DNA of 64,000 bases from Acidimicrobiia bacterium (GCA_035646535.1 DASRPD010000051.1:12189-76188), one strand, 5' to 3'. Shown: positions 37,140 to 46,638, counted from the stretch's first letter. The notes: generated by a model from the sequence alone, not told the origin. Numbers and translations are program-made.

Positions 37140-38207
37140 ATGAACCTGTCGTCGCACCGCAACCGACTCCGAAACCTGGCCATCACCGTCGGCGCGCTCA
37201 TCCTCGCGTCGGCCGCTCTCGTCGCGTGCTCCGACGGCGCTGACGGTCGCACCATCACCCTCGTAACCCACGATTCATTCGCGGTGGCACGAGCCGACCT
37301 CCAGGCATTCGAGCGTGCCCACGACGTCGACGTGCAGATCCTGCGGGCCGGCGACGGTGGCACCGCCCTCAACCAGGTCATCCTGACCAAGGACGCGCCG
37401 ATCGGCGACGTGATGTTCGGGGTCGACAACACCTTCCTCACGCGCGCGACCGACGCCGACGTGTTCGCACCGTACGAATCACCCGAGCTCGTCGACGTTG
37501 CCGATGAGTACCAGCTCGATCCGACTCACGCGCTCACACCCATCGACACGGGCGACGTCTGTGTCGACTTCGACCGCACGGGACTCGCCGAGGCCGGGGT
37601 CGAGCCACCGACTTCGCTCGAAGACCTCACCCGGCCCATCTACCGCGGGATGCTCGTGGCCGAGAACCCGGCCACGTCATCGCCGGGACTCGCGTTCCTC
37701 CTGGCCACGATCGCGGAGTACCACGACGGCTGGGGTGACTACTGGCAGCGGCTGCGCGACAACGACGTCCGGGTGGTCGACGGCTGGGAGCAGGCGTATT
37801 TCAGCGAGTTCAGCGGCGGCGGCGAAGCCGGCACCCGACCACTCGTCGTGTCGTACGCGTCGAGCCCACCCGCCGCGGTCCTCGACGTCGAGCCGATACC
37901 CGCGACCGCGCCTACTGCCGCCGTGCTCACGACCTGCTTCCGCCAGGTCGAGTTCGCCGGCGTCCTGCAGGGCACCGAGCATCCACGCCTCGCGAGAGAC
38001 CTCGTCGATTGGATGCTCGGCGAGCAGTTCCAGGAAGGCGTGACGCAGGAGATGTTCGTCTACCCGGTACGGGCGGACGTGCCGATTCCCGAGGTGTTCG
38101 AACGCCTCGCTCCACTCCCGGAAGACCCGTTCGAGCTGAGCCCCACCGAGATCGGTGAGCATCGCGACGACTGGATCGACGAGTGGACCGACATCGTGTT
38201 GCGGTAA
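37140..38207 (+). CDS. thiB: Thiamine ABC transporter substrate-binding lipoprotein
   Basis: ATG 37140, in frame with ORF 36378..38207. Lipobox ALVACS. Blocks of an SBP of the thiamine/iron(III) class: ITLVTHDSF, FGVDNTF, SSPGLAFL. Sits in the riboswitch and thiPQ context. Confidence 0.75.
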   Translation: MNLSSHRNRLRNLAITVGALILASAALVACSDGADGRTITLVTHDSFAVARADLQAFERAHDVDVQILRAGDGGTALNQVILTKDAPIGDVMFGVDNTFLTRATDADVFAPYESPELVDVADEYQLDPTHALTPIDTGDVCVDFDRTGLAEAGVEPPTSLEDLTRPIYRGMLVAENPATSSPGLAFLLATIAEYHDGWGDYWQRLRDNDVRVVDGWEQAYFSEFSGGGEAGTRPLVVSYASSPPAAVLDVEPIPATAPTAAVLTTCFRQVEFAGVLQGTEHPRLARDLVDWMLGEQFQEGVTQEMFVYPVRADVPIPEVFERLAPLPEDPFELSPTEIGEHRDDWIDEWTDIVLR

Positions 38208-38260
38208 CGACGTCACATCGCGCCGGTCCACGTCAACATCCGAGGCAGGCCGGCGCGTGG

Positions 38261-39877
38261 ATGCTGCTGCCCGCCGCGATACCGCTGGCGTTCCTGGGCG
38301 TGTTCTTCGTATATCCGGTGGTCACGATCCTCGGCCGGGGGCTCTGGGCCGATGGGGGCTTGGACCTCACGCCGATCGGCGACGTGTTCACCGACCCCGG
38401 CCTGCGCCACGTGGTGTGGTTCACGCTGGTCCAGGCCGGCCTGTCGACCGTGCTGACGTTGGCCATCGGGCTCAGCGGCGCGTATCTGTTCGCCCGGGTG
38501 AGCTTCCCGGGGCGCGGGTTCCTGCACGCTGCGGTCACCGTGCCGTTCGTGCTCCCCACCGTCGTGGTGGGGTCCGCGTTCCTCGCGCTGCTGGGTGGTC
38601 ACGGTCCCGTCGCGTTCCTCGGTCTCAACGGGACGCTCGGTGCGATCCTCATCGCCCACGTCTTCTTCAACTACGCGGTGGTCGTCCGCACGGTCGGGGG
38701 GTTCTGGTCGCACCTCGACCCGAGACGCGAAGAAGCCGCACGCGTGCTCGGCGCCGGACGGGTCCGAACGTTCTGGCACGTGACGCTCCCCGCGCTCCGG
38801 CCGGCAATCGCCGCCGCGACCGCGATCGTGTTCCTCTTCACGTTCACCAGCTTCGGGATCATCCTCATCCTGGGTGGACCACAACGAGCCACGATCGAGA
38901 CCGAGATCTACCGCCAGACCGCGGTGCTCTTGGACCTGCGCACGGCGGCCGCACTGACAATCGTCCAGCTCGTCGCGGTCGTCGTCCTGCTTGGATTGAC
39001 CGGCTTCGCGGGCGGGCGGCGCGCCCTCGACCTCCGCGCCGCGGCAACAACCAGGCGGCGGCCTCGCTCCGCGGGTGGCCGGGCGTTCGTCATCGTGAAC
39101 CTCGTGGTGATGGCGGGGTTGCTCGGCGCCCCACTCGGGCTGCTCGTCCAGCGATCCTTCGCGACACCCGACGGACCGAGCTTGGGTTTCTACCGCGCGC
39201 TCGGAGACTTGGGTGCCGACAGTGTCTTCATCGTCCCGCCGATCGAAGCCGTCCGGAACTCGATCGAGTTCGCGCTGGCGACCACCGTCATCTCCCTGGT
39301 CGTCGGGGGCCTCGCGTCGGTCGTCATCGTCGCGCGCGAACAACGGGGGAACCGACTCGCCCGCTCGCTCGACGGCGTACTCGCGCTGCCGCTCGGGGTA
39401 TCGGCGGTCACCGTCGGATTCGGGTTTCTGATTGCCCTGGACTCGCCGCCCCTGAACCTCAGGACGTCCTGGTGGCTCATCCCGATCGCCCATTCGCTGA
39501 TCGCGGTGCCGTTCGTCATCCGCACCATGAGCCCGTTGCTGCGGGCGATCGATCCGAGACTGCGCGAAGCCGCGGCGGTGCTGGGCGCGTCTCCGGCGCG
39601 CGTGTGGCGTGAGATCGACCTGCGTATCGGCGGCCGGGCCGCCGGCATCGCGGCCGGCTTCGCGTTCGCGATCAGCCTCGGTGAGTTCGGCGCGACCGCG
39701 TTCATCGTCCGCCCAGACCGCCCGACCCTGCCCGTCGTGATCTACCGACTCCTGGGGCGCCCCGGGCCGACACCATTCGGAGCTGCGATGGCCGCGAGCG
39801 TGATCCTCATCGCGCTCACCCTGACCGCGGTGGTCGTGATCGAACGCTTCCGCGTGCCCGGCGCGGGCGAGTTCTGA
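38261..39877 (+). CDS. thiP: Thiamine/iron-type ABC transporter permease (duplicated 6+6 TM)
   Basis: ORF 38183..39877; start taken at ATG 38261. Two BPD_transp_1 units, each with an EAA loop (EEAARVLGAGRVRTFWHVTLP and REAAAVLGASPARVWREIDL). Confidence 0.8.
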   Translation: MLLPAAIPLAFLGVFFVYPVVTILGRGLWADGGLDLTPIGDVFTDPGLRHVVWFTLVQAGLSTVLTLAIGLSGAYLFARVSFPGRGFLHAAVTVPFVLPTVVVGSAFLALLGGHGPVAFLGLNGTLGAILIAHVFFNYAVVVRTVGGFWSHLDPRREEAARVLGAGRVRTFWHVTLPALRPAIAAATAIVFLFTFTSFGIILILGGPQRATIETEIYRQTAVLLDLRTAAALTIVQLVAVVVLLGLTGFAGGRRALDLRAAATTRRRPRSAGGRAFVIVNLVVMAGLLGAPLGLLVQRSFATPDGPSLGFYRALGDLGADSVFIVPPIEAVRNSIEFALATTVISLVVGGLASVVIVAREQRGNRLARSLDGVLALPLGVSAVTVGFGFLIALDSPPLNLRTSWWLIPIAHSLIAVPFVIRTMSPLLRAIDPRLREAAAVLGASPARVWREIDLRIGGRAAGIAAGFAFAISLGEFGATAFIVRPDRPTLPVVIYRLLGRPGPTPFGAAMAASVILIALTLTAVVVIERFRVPGAGEF

Positions 39878-39888
39878 GGCGGGCACCG

Positions 39889-40887
39889 ATGCTGGAGGCG
39901 AGCGAGCTGACCTTGGACTACGGAGCCGTCCGCGCGCTCGACCACGTCGATCTCGAGGTCCCGACCGGCGATGTCCTCAGCGTGCTCGGGCCGAGCGGGA
40001 GTGGCAAGAGCACCTTGCTGCGCGTGATCGCCGGGCTGGAACCCGGCGCGACGGGTTCGGTGCGCTGGAGCGGCGAGGACCTGAGCTCCGTTCCCACGCA
40101 TCGACGGCAGTTCGGTCTCATGTTCCAGGACCACATGCTCTTTGCTCATCGCGACGTGGTGGCCAACGTCGAGTTCGGCCTCCGAATGCACGGCGCGTCG
40201 CGGCGCGTCGCGTCCGAACGAGCACGGCGCGCCCTCACCCTCGTCGGGCTCGCGGGGTACGAGAGCCGTCGCACCCACGAATTGTCGGGAGGTGAGCAGC
40301 AACGGGTGGCACTGGCACGCGCCATCGCGCCCGAACCGCGGCTCCTGCTCCTCGACGAACCCTTCGGCTCGCTGGACCGCGCGCTGCGCGACCGTCTGCT
40401 CGTCGAGCTGCGGGAGCTGTTCACCGAGCTCGGCATCACCGCGGTGTTCGTGACCCACGACCACGACGAGGCGTTCGCGATCGCCGACCATGTCCTCATC
40501 CTCCGAGCCGGTCGCGCGGAGCAGCTCGGCGACCCGGTCGAGGTCTGGCGCGCGCCGGCCACCGAGTTCACGGCTCGTTTCCTCGGCTTCGTCAACACGA
40601 TCGATGTCGACGGCGACCGCTTGCTCGCCCGCGCCGACGGAATCCGGATCGGGACCGAAGGCACCATCGAGGCGACCGTGACCGCGTGCACCTTCCGCCG
40701 TGATCACTTCCTCGTGACCGCCGTCGCCGGATCGGCGCGCTATGAGATCACGGTCTCCGCCGACGACCGCACCGTCCCGAGCGTCGGCGACACCGTGATG
40801 CTCGAGGTCGACGAGCGAGCGGCGCGGCGGTACCCACCCTCCGCGGCCGATCCCGCGACGGACCCCTCGACGGACCCCTCGAGCTAG
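39889..40887 (+). CDS. thiQ: ABC transporter ATP-binding protein (ThiQ/PotA-like)
   Basis: ORF 39889..40887. Walker A GPSGSGKST, Q-loop FQDH, signature LSGGEQQRVALARA, Walker B LLLLDEPF, and a C-terminal TOBE-like extension. Confidence 0.8.
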   Translation: MLEASELTLDYGAVRALDHVDLEVPTGDVLSVLGPSGSGKSTLLRVIAGLEPGATGSVRWSGEDLSSVPTHRRQFGLMFQDHMLFAHRDVVANVEFGLRMHGASRRVASERARRALTLVGLAGYESRRTHELSGGEQQRVALARAIAPEPRLLLLDEPFGSLDRALRDRLLVELRELFTELGITAVFVTHDHDEAFAIADHVLILRAGRAEQLGDPVEVWRAPATEFTARFLGFVNTIDVDGDRLLARADGIRIGTEGTIEATVTACTFRRDHFLVTAVAGSARYEITVSADDRTVPSVGDTVMLEVDERAARRYPPSAADPATDPSTDPSS

Positions 40888-40933
40888 CGTCGACCGGCGC
40901 GCTCAGAGCCGGCCGCCGGCGACCGTAGACTCG

Positions 40934-40970
40934 ACCCAGGGCCCACCGTCACACCCAGGGCCCACCGTCA
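40934..40970. repeat. Two tandem copies of an 18-bp direct repeat, ACCCAGGGCCCACCGTCA, separated by 1 nt
   Basis: Read directly. Identical copies at 40934-40951 and 40953-40970, 28 nt upstream of ATG 40998. A third degenerate copy (TCACCCAAGGAG) overlaps the SD. Confidence 0.9.
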
Positions 40971-40997
40971 TGCAGGCATCACCCAAGGAGGGCGGGC

Positions 40998-41591
40998 ATG
41001 AGCGAGACGGCACACTCCGAGACCGACGAGCACGATCGGCCCTACTGGCGGGGAATCAACCACCTCGCGATGGTCACCGCGGACATGGACGCCACCGTGC
41101 GGTTCTATGACGGCGTGCTCGGCATGCGCCTCGTCGTCACCACGATGGCCGGCCCGATGCGTCACTACTTCTTCGAGCTCGGCCCGGAGAACACGATTGC
41201 CTTCTTCGAATGGGCCGACGCCCCCCGGTTCGAGAAGCCGGCCGGGATCCCCGACGCCGCCGCGGGACAGTTCGACCATCTGTCCTTCAACGTGGCCGAC
41301 GAGGAAGCGCTCCTCAGTCTGCGCAAACGGCTGCTGGCTGCCGGATGCGAGATCACCGACATCGTCGATCACGGCTTCATCCACTCCGTCTACTTCCACG
41401 ACAACAACGGCATCGCGCTCGAGGCGAGCTGCTGGTTGACCGACGGGACCGGCCGGCCCGCCGATTACGGCGACCCGGCGCTCTTCTCGGATCCGGACCC
41501 GGTACCGGCAGTGGACGAGCTTCGCCGGCACGGCCGAGTCGAGACCACGCCGCACACCCGTCTGGCCAGTGGACGCCTCGAACGCCTCTGA
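40998..41591 (+). CDS. VOC-family (glyoxalase/bleomycin-resistance/dioxygenase) protein
   Basis: ORF 40998..41591. Blocks: INHLAMVTADMDATVRFYDGVLGMRL and FDHLSFNV...HSVYFHDNNGIALE. Confidence 0.75.
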   Translation: MSETAHSETDEHDRPYWRGINHLAMVTADMDATVRFYDGVLGMRLVVTTMAGPMRHYFFELGPENTIAFFEWADAPRFEKPAGIPDAAAGQFDHLSFNVADEEALLSLRKRLLAAGCEITDIVDHGFIHSVYFHDNNGIALEASCWLTDGTGRPADYGDPALFSDPDPVPAVDELRRHGRVETTPHTRLASGRLERL

Positions 41592-41732
41592 GCGCTCCGC
41601 CCCGGCTCCCACGGCTCCGCCGCCATCCCGCCCGGAGCCGGCGACGGAGTCGGAGGCGCCGCCGGGGCGTCTGCACAGGATCTCCACAGTCTCGGGGGGA
41701 CTCACGAACGGCCAAGTCCGTATCCTGGATGC

Positions 41733-42479
41733 GTGCTTGCTGCCGCCGCGGTGAACCCGACCCGCACGATCCTGGTGATAGAGGACGAACAGTCCATCGC
41801 GCAGGCCGTCGCGGCCCGGTTGCGGAGCGAGGGGTACTCCGTCGAGACCGCCGGAGACGGGCCCACCGGCGTCGAAGCGTGTGCTCGCCTGAACCCCGAT
41901 CTCGTGGTGCTCGACCTCATGCTCCCGGGCATGGACGGCCTCGAGGTCTGCGAGCGGATCCAAGCTCGGCGGTCGGTACCGGTTCTCATGCTCACCGCCC
42001 GCGACTCCGAGGCCGATCTCGTCTTGGGATTGACGGTCGGCGCCGATGACTACCTGACCAAGCCATTCGGCTCGCGCGAGCTCGTGGCCCGCGTTCACGC
42101 GCTCTTCCGGCGAACCGACCGGGCTCGCGCCGACGCCGCGGCGGACCCGGGTGCCGCCCGCTCACACCTGTCGATCGGTGACATCGAGATCGACACGGCG
42201 GGGCGCGTCACCACCCGACTCGGCACCATCGTGCACCTCACCCCCACCGAGTTCGACCTGCTGGTCTTTCTCGCGGCCGAGCCGGGGACGGTCCGCACTC
42301 GGGAGGAGCTCCTCGCGCACGTGTGGGACGAGCCGATGGTCTCGAGTGGCCGTACCGTGGACTCACATGTACGCGCGCTGCGCCGCAAGCTGGGTCCCGA
42401 GCTCGTCCGAACCGTCCACGGCGTGGGCTACGCAGTGACCGATGACGCGGCGGTCGAGTCGGAGCCAACGGGTTCATGA
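41733..42479 (+). CDS. OmpR/PhoB-family response regulator
   Basis: ORF 41733..42479 (GTG start). Blocks: ILVIEDE, LVVLDLMLPGMDG, LTARD, DDYLTKPF, and winged helix LTPTEFDLLVFL...VDSHVRALRRKL. Confidence 0.9.
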   Translation: MLAAAAVNPTRTILVIEDEQSIAQAVAARLRSEGYSVETAGDGPTGVEACARLNPDLVVLDLMLPGMDGLEVCERIQARRSVPVLMLTARDSEADLVLGLTVGADDYLTKPFGSRELVARVHALFRRTDRARADAAADPGAARSHLSIGDIEIDTAGRVTTRLGTIVHLTPTEFDLLVFLAAEPGTVRTREELLAHVWDEPMVSSGRTVDSHVRALRRKLGPELVRTVHGVGYAVTDDAAVESEPTGS

Positions 42480-43498
42480 AGCGTGATGAGCTGATCCGCC
42501 CACTCAGCAGGTTCTCGTCGATCAAGCTCCGCATCGGCGCGCTCGTGATCGTCGCGATCGCGGTGACGGTCGCGGTCTTCTACGTGGGGGTGCACTCCGG
42601 GTTCTGGCCGTCGGTGAGCGGCGTGGTCGCCGGTGCCATCGCGCTCATGATGGTGCGCCTCCTCGCGCACGGGATCACCACGCCGCTCGCCGAGATGGCC
42701 GACGCGACCGAGGCGATGGCGCGAGGTGACTACAGCCAGCGAGTCCACGTCACCTCCAAGGACGAAGTGGGCACGCTCGCGCGATCGTTCAACCAGATGG
42801 CCGCCGAGCTCGAAGCCACCGACCGGATCCGCCGTGATCTCGTCGCCAACGTGAGCCACGAGCTCCGGACTCCGATCACCGCGCTCCAGGCGCGCCTGGA
42901 GAATCTCGTCGACGGCGTGGAGGAGACCGATCCCGAGACGCTCGCCACCATGCTGGCCCAGGTCGAACGCCTCGGCCGGCTCGTCACCCAGCTGCTCGAC
43001 CTCTCCCGGTTGGAGTCGGGCTCGGTGCCGCTCGACCGCCAGGCTTTCGCGGTAGGCCCGGTGCTGACTCACGTGGTTCGAGAATCTCGCCTCCACGCGC
43101 CCGGGCTCGATATGACGGTCAACGTGCAACCCGAGTCGCTCGCCGCGGACGGTGATCCCGAGCGCGTGCACCAGGTCGTTGCCAACCTGCTCGAGAACGC
43201 GGTACGCCACTCACCTCGCGGCGGCGCCATCACCGTGCAGGCACACTGTGACGACGGTGGCGTCCGCATCGAGGTCACCGACGAGGGTCCGGGCATCCCC
43301 GATGCCGACGCGACTCGCGTCTTCGAACGCTTCTATCGATCCGACTCGGCTCGTGCCGCCCAAGATGGCGGCGCCGGCCTCGGGCTCGCGATCGCACAAT
43401 GGATCGTCGAGCTCCATGGCGGAGAGATCCATCCCGAACGACGAAGACCGCACGGTTGTCGGATGGTCGTGACCATCCCAGCCGCGGCGCACGCGTGA
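42476..43498 (+). CDS. Sensor histidine kinase (TM-HAMP-HisKA-HATPase)
   Basis: ORF 42476..43498; start overlaps the regulator stop (ATGA). H-box SHELRTPITAL, N-box NLLENAVRHSP, G-boxes DEGPGIP and GGAGLGLAI. Confidence 0.9.
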   Translation: MKRDELIRPLSRFSSIKLRIGALVIVAIAVTVAVFYVGVHSGFWPSVSGVVAGAIALMMVRLLAHGITTPLAEMADATEAMARGDYSQRVHVTSKDEVGTLARSFNQMAAELEATDRIRRDLVANVSHELRTPITALQARLENLVDGVEETDPETLATMLAQVERLGRLVTQLLDLSRLESGSVPLDRQAFAVGPVLTHVVRESRLHAPGLDMTVNVQPESLAADGDPERVHQVVANLLENAVRHSPRGGAITVQAHCDDGGVRIEVTDEGPGIPDADATRVFERFYRSDSARAAQDGGAGLGLAIAQWIVELHGGEIHPERRRPHGCRMVVTIPAAAHA

Positions 43499-43511
43499 CC
43501 CAGGAGGAACT

Positions 43512-44162
43512 GTGACCAGGAAGCCGACCGAAGTCGACGAGGCGCTCCAGCGAATCCGCCGGGGCGAGATGGTGCTCGTCGCCGACGACGAAGACCGCGA
43601 GAACGAGGGTGACCTCACGATGGCCGCGAGCTGGGTCACGGCCGAGGCCATCAACTTCATGCTCCGCTGGGCACGCGGCCTGGTCTGCATGCCGTGTGAT
43701 CCGGCGCGACTCGATGAGCTCGAGGTCGCGCCCATGCTCCCCCCCGGCCAGGAAGGCTGCGACACCGCCTTCTCGGTCACCATCGACCACCGCGACGCCG
43801 GAAGCGGGATCGGCGCGGCCGACCGCGCGACCACGATCCGATCCATCGTGGACGCCAAGACCCGGCCCGACGATCTCGTGCGCCCCGGTCACGTCTTTCC
43901 GCTCCGCGCCCGACCGGGTGGCGTGATGGAACGCCGGGGCCACACCGAGGCGGCCGTCGATCTTGCCCGGCTCGCCGGTCTCCCCCCCGTCGCCGTGATC
44001 TGCGAGGTCCTGCACGACGACGGCTCACCGGCGCGCCTGCCCTTCCTCGAGCTGTTCGCGGCAGAGCACCGGATCGCGATCATCTCGGTCGAACAGGTCG
44101 CGGCACATCGCTTCGCGCTCTCCGAAGACGCCGATCCCTCCGCGCGCCCCCTGCTCCTCTGA
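43512..44162 (+). CDS. ribB: 3,4-Dihydroxy-2-butanone-4-phosphate synthase (stand-alone)
   Basis: ORF 43512..44162. GTG preceded by AGGAGGA. Blocks: VLVADDEDRENEGDL, GLVC.P, RPGHVFPL, RRGHTEAAVDLARLAG. There is no GTP cyclohydrolase II domain. Confidence 0.88.
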   Translation: MTRKPTEVDEALQRIRRGEMVLVADDEDRENEGDLTMAASWVTAEAINFMLRWARGLVCMPCDPARLDELEVAPMLPPGQEGCDTAFSVTIDHRDAGSGIGAADRATTIRSIVDAKTRPDDLVRPGHVFPLRARPGGVMERRGHTEAAVDLARLAGLPPVAVICEVLHDDGSPARLPFLELFAAEHRIAIISVEQVAAHRFALSEDADPSARPLLL

Positions 44163-44244
44163 CATCACGACGGCCGGCGACCATCCTCGGTCGGCGCTGA
44201 GCGGGTGCCGTCCGACGACGACGCGGTGAACAACGTTGGCGAGC

Positions 44245-44496
44245 TCAGGGGGCCTCACCGATCTCTCGGAGGGCTGCGGCGAGGGCCGCTCGAAGCCTCC
44301 GGGTCGTGTCGGGCGAGAGATGCGCGATCACGCCGAGCCCGGCGCGGCCAACCTCCTCCAGCGTCAGCACGACGCGCAGCTCGCCCTCACCGCAGCCGTC
44401 GCACGCATCTTCGAGGGCAACGGCCCACGAGGCCCCGGGACGTTCCTCGTCGTCGGCCGGGTGATCGTCGCGGGCATCATCGATCGAGCGGCGCAT
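44245..44496 (-). CDS. Hypothetical small acidic protein (83 aa)
   Basis: ORF 44245..44496. Codon third positions are mostly G/C. I recognise no family. Confidence 0.4.
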   Translation of the reverse strand: MRRSIDDARDDHPADDEERPGASWAVALEDACDGCGEGELRVVLTLEEVGRAGLGVIAHLSPDTTRRLRAALAAALREIGEAP

Positions 44497-44523
44497 GCTG
44501 AGCTCCTCGTCGTCGCGGGCCGG

Positions 44524-45153
44524 CTACCGCAGGAGCGACAGCACCAAGCCCGCCTGTCCCAGGTGGTAGGTGACCATGATGGTCACCGGCGCCCACCGAT
44601 TGGGGCGCACGAAGCGAGTCTCGCCGATCAACGCGTCGGATCCCATGAACACCAGCGCGCCCACCGCCGCGACGACGTTGCCACTGGCGAGCGCGCTCGC
44701 CACCATCACCGCGATCACGCCCACGTAGGCGACCACGGGGACGATGAGCGCCCGGTGGTTGCTCGCGATGATCCCGCGGATGAGCCGAAGGCCGAGCAGG
44801 CCCGCCACGGCGACAACGGGTAGCGCCCACCACCAGTCGCCGCTGGTATGGAGGTTGAGCCCGATCGCGTAGGCCACGTGGGCGAGAAGGAATGCACCCA
44901 GACCCGCCACGAACGCGTCGGACGGCAACATCAGGAACACGTCACCGGCCAGCGAGAACACCAGGGCGACCACGAACCACACCCGAACATCGGAATGCAC
45001 CGGATCCAGCGTCACCGCGACGAGGATCAGGGCCACGAGCGTGGCCGGCTTGCACACGTACTCGAGCCGGCGACGAGCACCGGCTCGCGCAGACCAATCG
45101 CCGATCGCGAAGGCTCCAGCGACGACGAGGAAGATCGTGGCACCGATGGTCAC
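44524..45153 (-). CDS. YhhN-family membrane protein (lysoplasmalogenase-like)
   Basis: ORF 44524..45219; start probably GTG 45153. Blocks: EYVCKPATL, SLAGDVFLM, GAFLLAHVAY, FMGSDALIG; 7-8 TM helices. Confidence 0.75.
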   Translation of the reverse strand: MTIGATIFLVVAGAFAIGDWSARAGARRRLEYVCKPATLVALILVAVTLDPVHSDVRVWFVVALVFSLAGDVFLMLPSDAFVAGLGAFLLAHVAYAIGLNLHTSGDWWWALPVVAVAGLLGLRLIRGIIASNHRALIVPVVAYVGVIAVMVASALASGNVVAAVGALVFMGSDALIGETRFVRPNRWAPVTIMVTYHLGQAGLVLSLLR

Positions 45154-45177
45154 CGCCGGAGTTCTACTCTGCGAGCG

Positions 45178-46038
45178 GTGTCCGCGAAAGCTTCCTTCGC
45201 CTACGGGCTCGAGATCCAACGGCGCTTCGGTGCCCAGCGAGGCGGCAACCTCGCCGCCGCGATCAGCATGCGCGCCTTCCTGGCATTGTTCCCGATCCTC
45301 GTGCTCGCGATCGCGGTGGTGGGGATATTCGTGAACAACCCAGTCGATTTCGCGGACAAGATCGTCGATACGTTCGGCTTGAGCGGCGACGCCGCGTCGA
45401 CGATCACCGATGCGACCCGAGTCGCGCAGAAGAGCCGGGTCGCATCGTCGATCGTCGGGACCGTGGGGCTGGTCTGGACCGGCACCGGGTTGGCTGCGTC
45501 CATCACCGACGCGTGGAACGTGATGTGGAGGATCCCGGGCGGGACGCTGCGGGGCCGGGCCGCCGGGGTCGTCTGGCTCCTGGGCGGCGGCGTGTTGCTC
45601 GTCGCCGGGATCACGGCGACGGCCGTCCTGGGCACGAACGACTGGCTCACTGTTCTCGCGGCGATCTGTGGTGTGGTGGTGGACACCTCTCTCTTCCTGT
45701 GGACGGGGTGGATCCTCCCGGCGCGTCGCACGTCATGGCGGGTGATGCTCACCGCCGCGATCGTCGGCGGGGTCGGTTTCGGGGCGCTCAAAGTCGTAGG
45801 GGGATACGTCGTCCCCACGCTCGTGGCTCGCTCATCGGCCCTCTACGGGACGATCGGGACCGTGTTCGCGCTTCTCATCTGGATGCTCGTCCTGGGCTAC
45901 CTGATCGTGTACGTCATCGTGATCGAACGGGTCACCTGGGAACACTCGAACGCGACAGGCGACCGGACGGACCGACCGCCGGATGCCGATCAGGGTGCGA
46001 GCCGCTCGATGAGCCAACCGTCCGACGATCGCGCGTAG
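45178..46038 (+). CDS. YihY/BrkB-family membrane protein
   Basis: GTG 45178, in frame with ORF 44848..46038. Blocks: ISMRAFLALFPILVLAI, SIVGTVGLVWTG, YGTIGTVFALLIWMLVLGYLIV. Confidence 0.7.
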   Translation: MSAKASFAYGLEIQRRFGAQRGGNLAAAISMRAFLALFPILVLAIAVVGIFVNNPVDFADKIVDTFGLSGDAASTITDATRVAQKSRVASSIVGTVGLVWTGTGLAASITDAWNVMWRIPGGTLRGRAAGVVWLLGGGVLLVAGITATAVLGTNDWLTVLAAICGVVVDTSLFLWTGWILPARRTSWRVMLTAAIVGGVGFGALKVVGGYVVPTLVARSSALYGTIGTVFALLIWMLVLGYLIVYVIVIERVTWEHSNATGDRTDRPPDADQGASRSMSQPSDDRA

Positions 46039-46607
46039 CGCACGCGGTCGTGCAGCCGGTCGGTCCGGCCGACCCAGAACTCGAACACCGCCGGCTCGAC
46101 TCGGTAGCCACCCCAGAACCCCGGGCGGGCGATGATCGCGCTGGGATCCGAGAACCGATGCTCAGTCTGGGTGAGTCGCTCGACGAGCGCGGCGCGCGAT
46201 TCAATCGGGCTGCTCTGGGGAGACGTCCACGCGCCGAGCTGGTGGCCACGCGGGCGGGACTCGAAGTACCGGTCGGATTCCGCCTCGCTCACCCGACTGG
46301 CGCGGCCCTCCACCCGGACCTGACGATCGAGATCCGGCCAATACCAGACCAGCGCGACCCGATCGTTGACGGCGAGCTCGCTCGCCTTGCGACTGTCGTA
46401 GTTCGTGAAGAACAGGAAGCCCCGGTCGTCGAAGCCGCGCAGGAGCACGACCCGGGCCGACGGTGCCCCTCCGGGCGTTGCCGTCGCGAGGGTCATCGCG
46501 GCTGCACGATCGTCGGTCGTGTCGACCGCGGCCTCGTGCCACCGAGCGAACTCCACGAACGGGTCGGGAGCAACCGTCGATTCATCGAGGCCGGCATCAG
46601 CGTCCAT
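45990..46607 (-). CDS. pdxH: Pyridoxamine 5'-phosphate oxidase
   Basis: ORF 45990..46640; start taken at ATG 46607. Blocks: DPFVEFARW, MTLATA, SARVVLLRGFD.RGF.FFTNY.SRKA.EL, QVRVEG, YF.SRPRG.QLGAW.S.QS, GGYRV.P...EFW.G...RLHDR..Y. Confidence 0.9.
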   Translation of the reverse strand: MDADAGLDESTVAPDPFVEFARWHEAAVDTTDDRAAAMTLATATPGGAPSARVVLLRGFDDRGFLFFTNYDSRKASELAVNDRVALVWYWPDLDRQVRVEGRASRVSEAESDRYFESRPRGHQLGAWTSPQSSPIESRAALVERLTQTEHRFSDPSAIIARPGFWGGYRVEPAVFEFWVGRTDRLHDRVRYARSSDGWLIERLAP

Positions 46608-46638
46608 GGAGGCGAGGGTACCGGGTACCCTCGCCCTC

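Noticed and set aside
43499-43511. FMN riboswitch upstream of ribB
   Set aside because: Only 13 nt separate the kinase stop from the ribB start, and no FMN-element motifs are present in the preceding coding sequence.
45990-46038. 49-bp convergent overlap of the YihY-family gene and pdxH
   Set aside because: Convergent 3' overlaps of this size are common in compact high-GC genomes, and the acidic YihY-family tail is poorly conserved. There is no evidence of anything beyond that.
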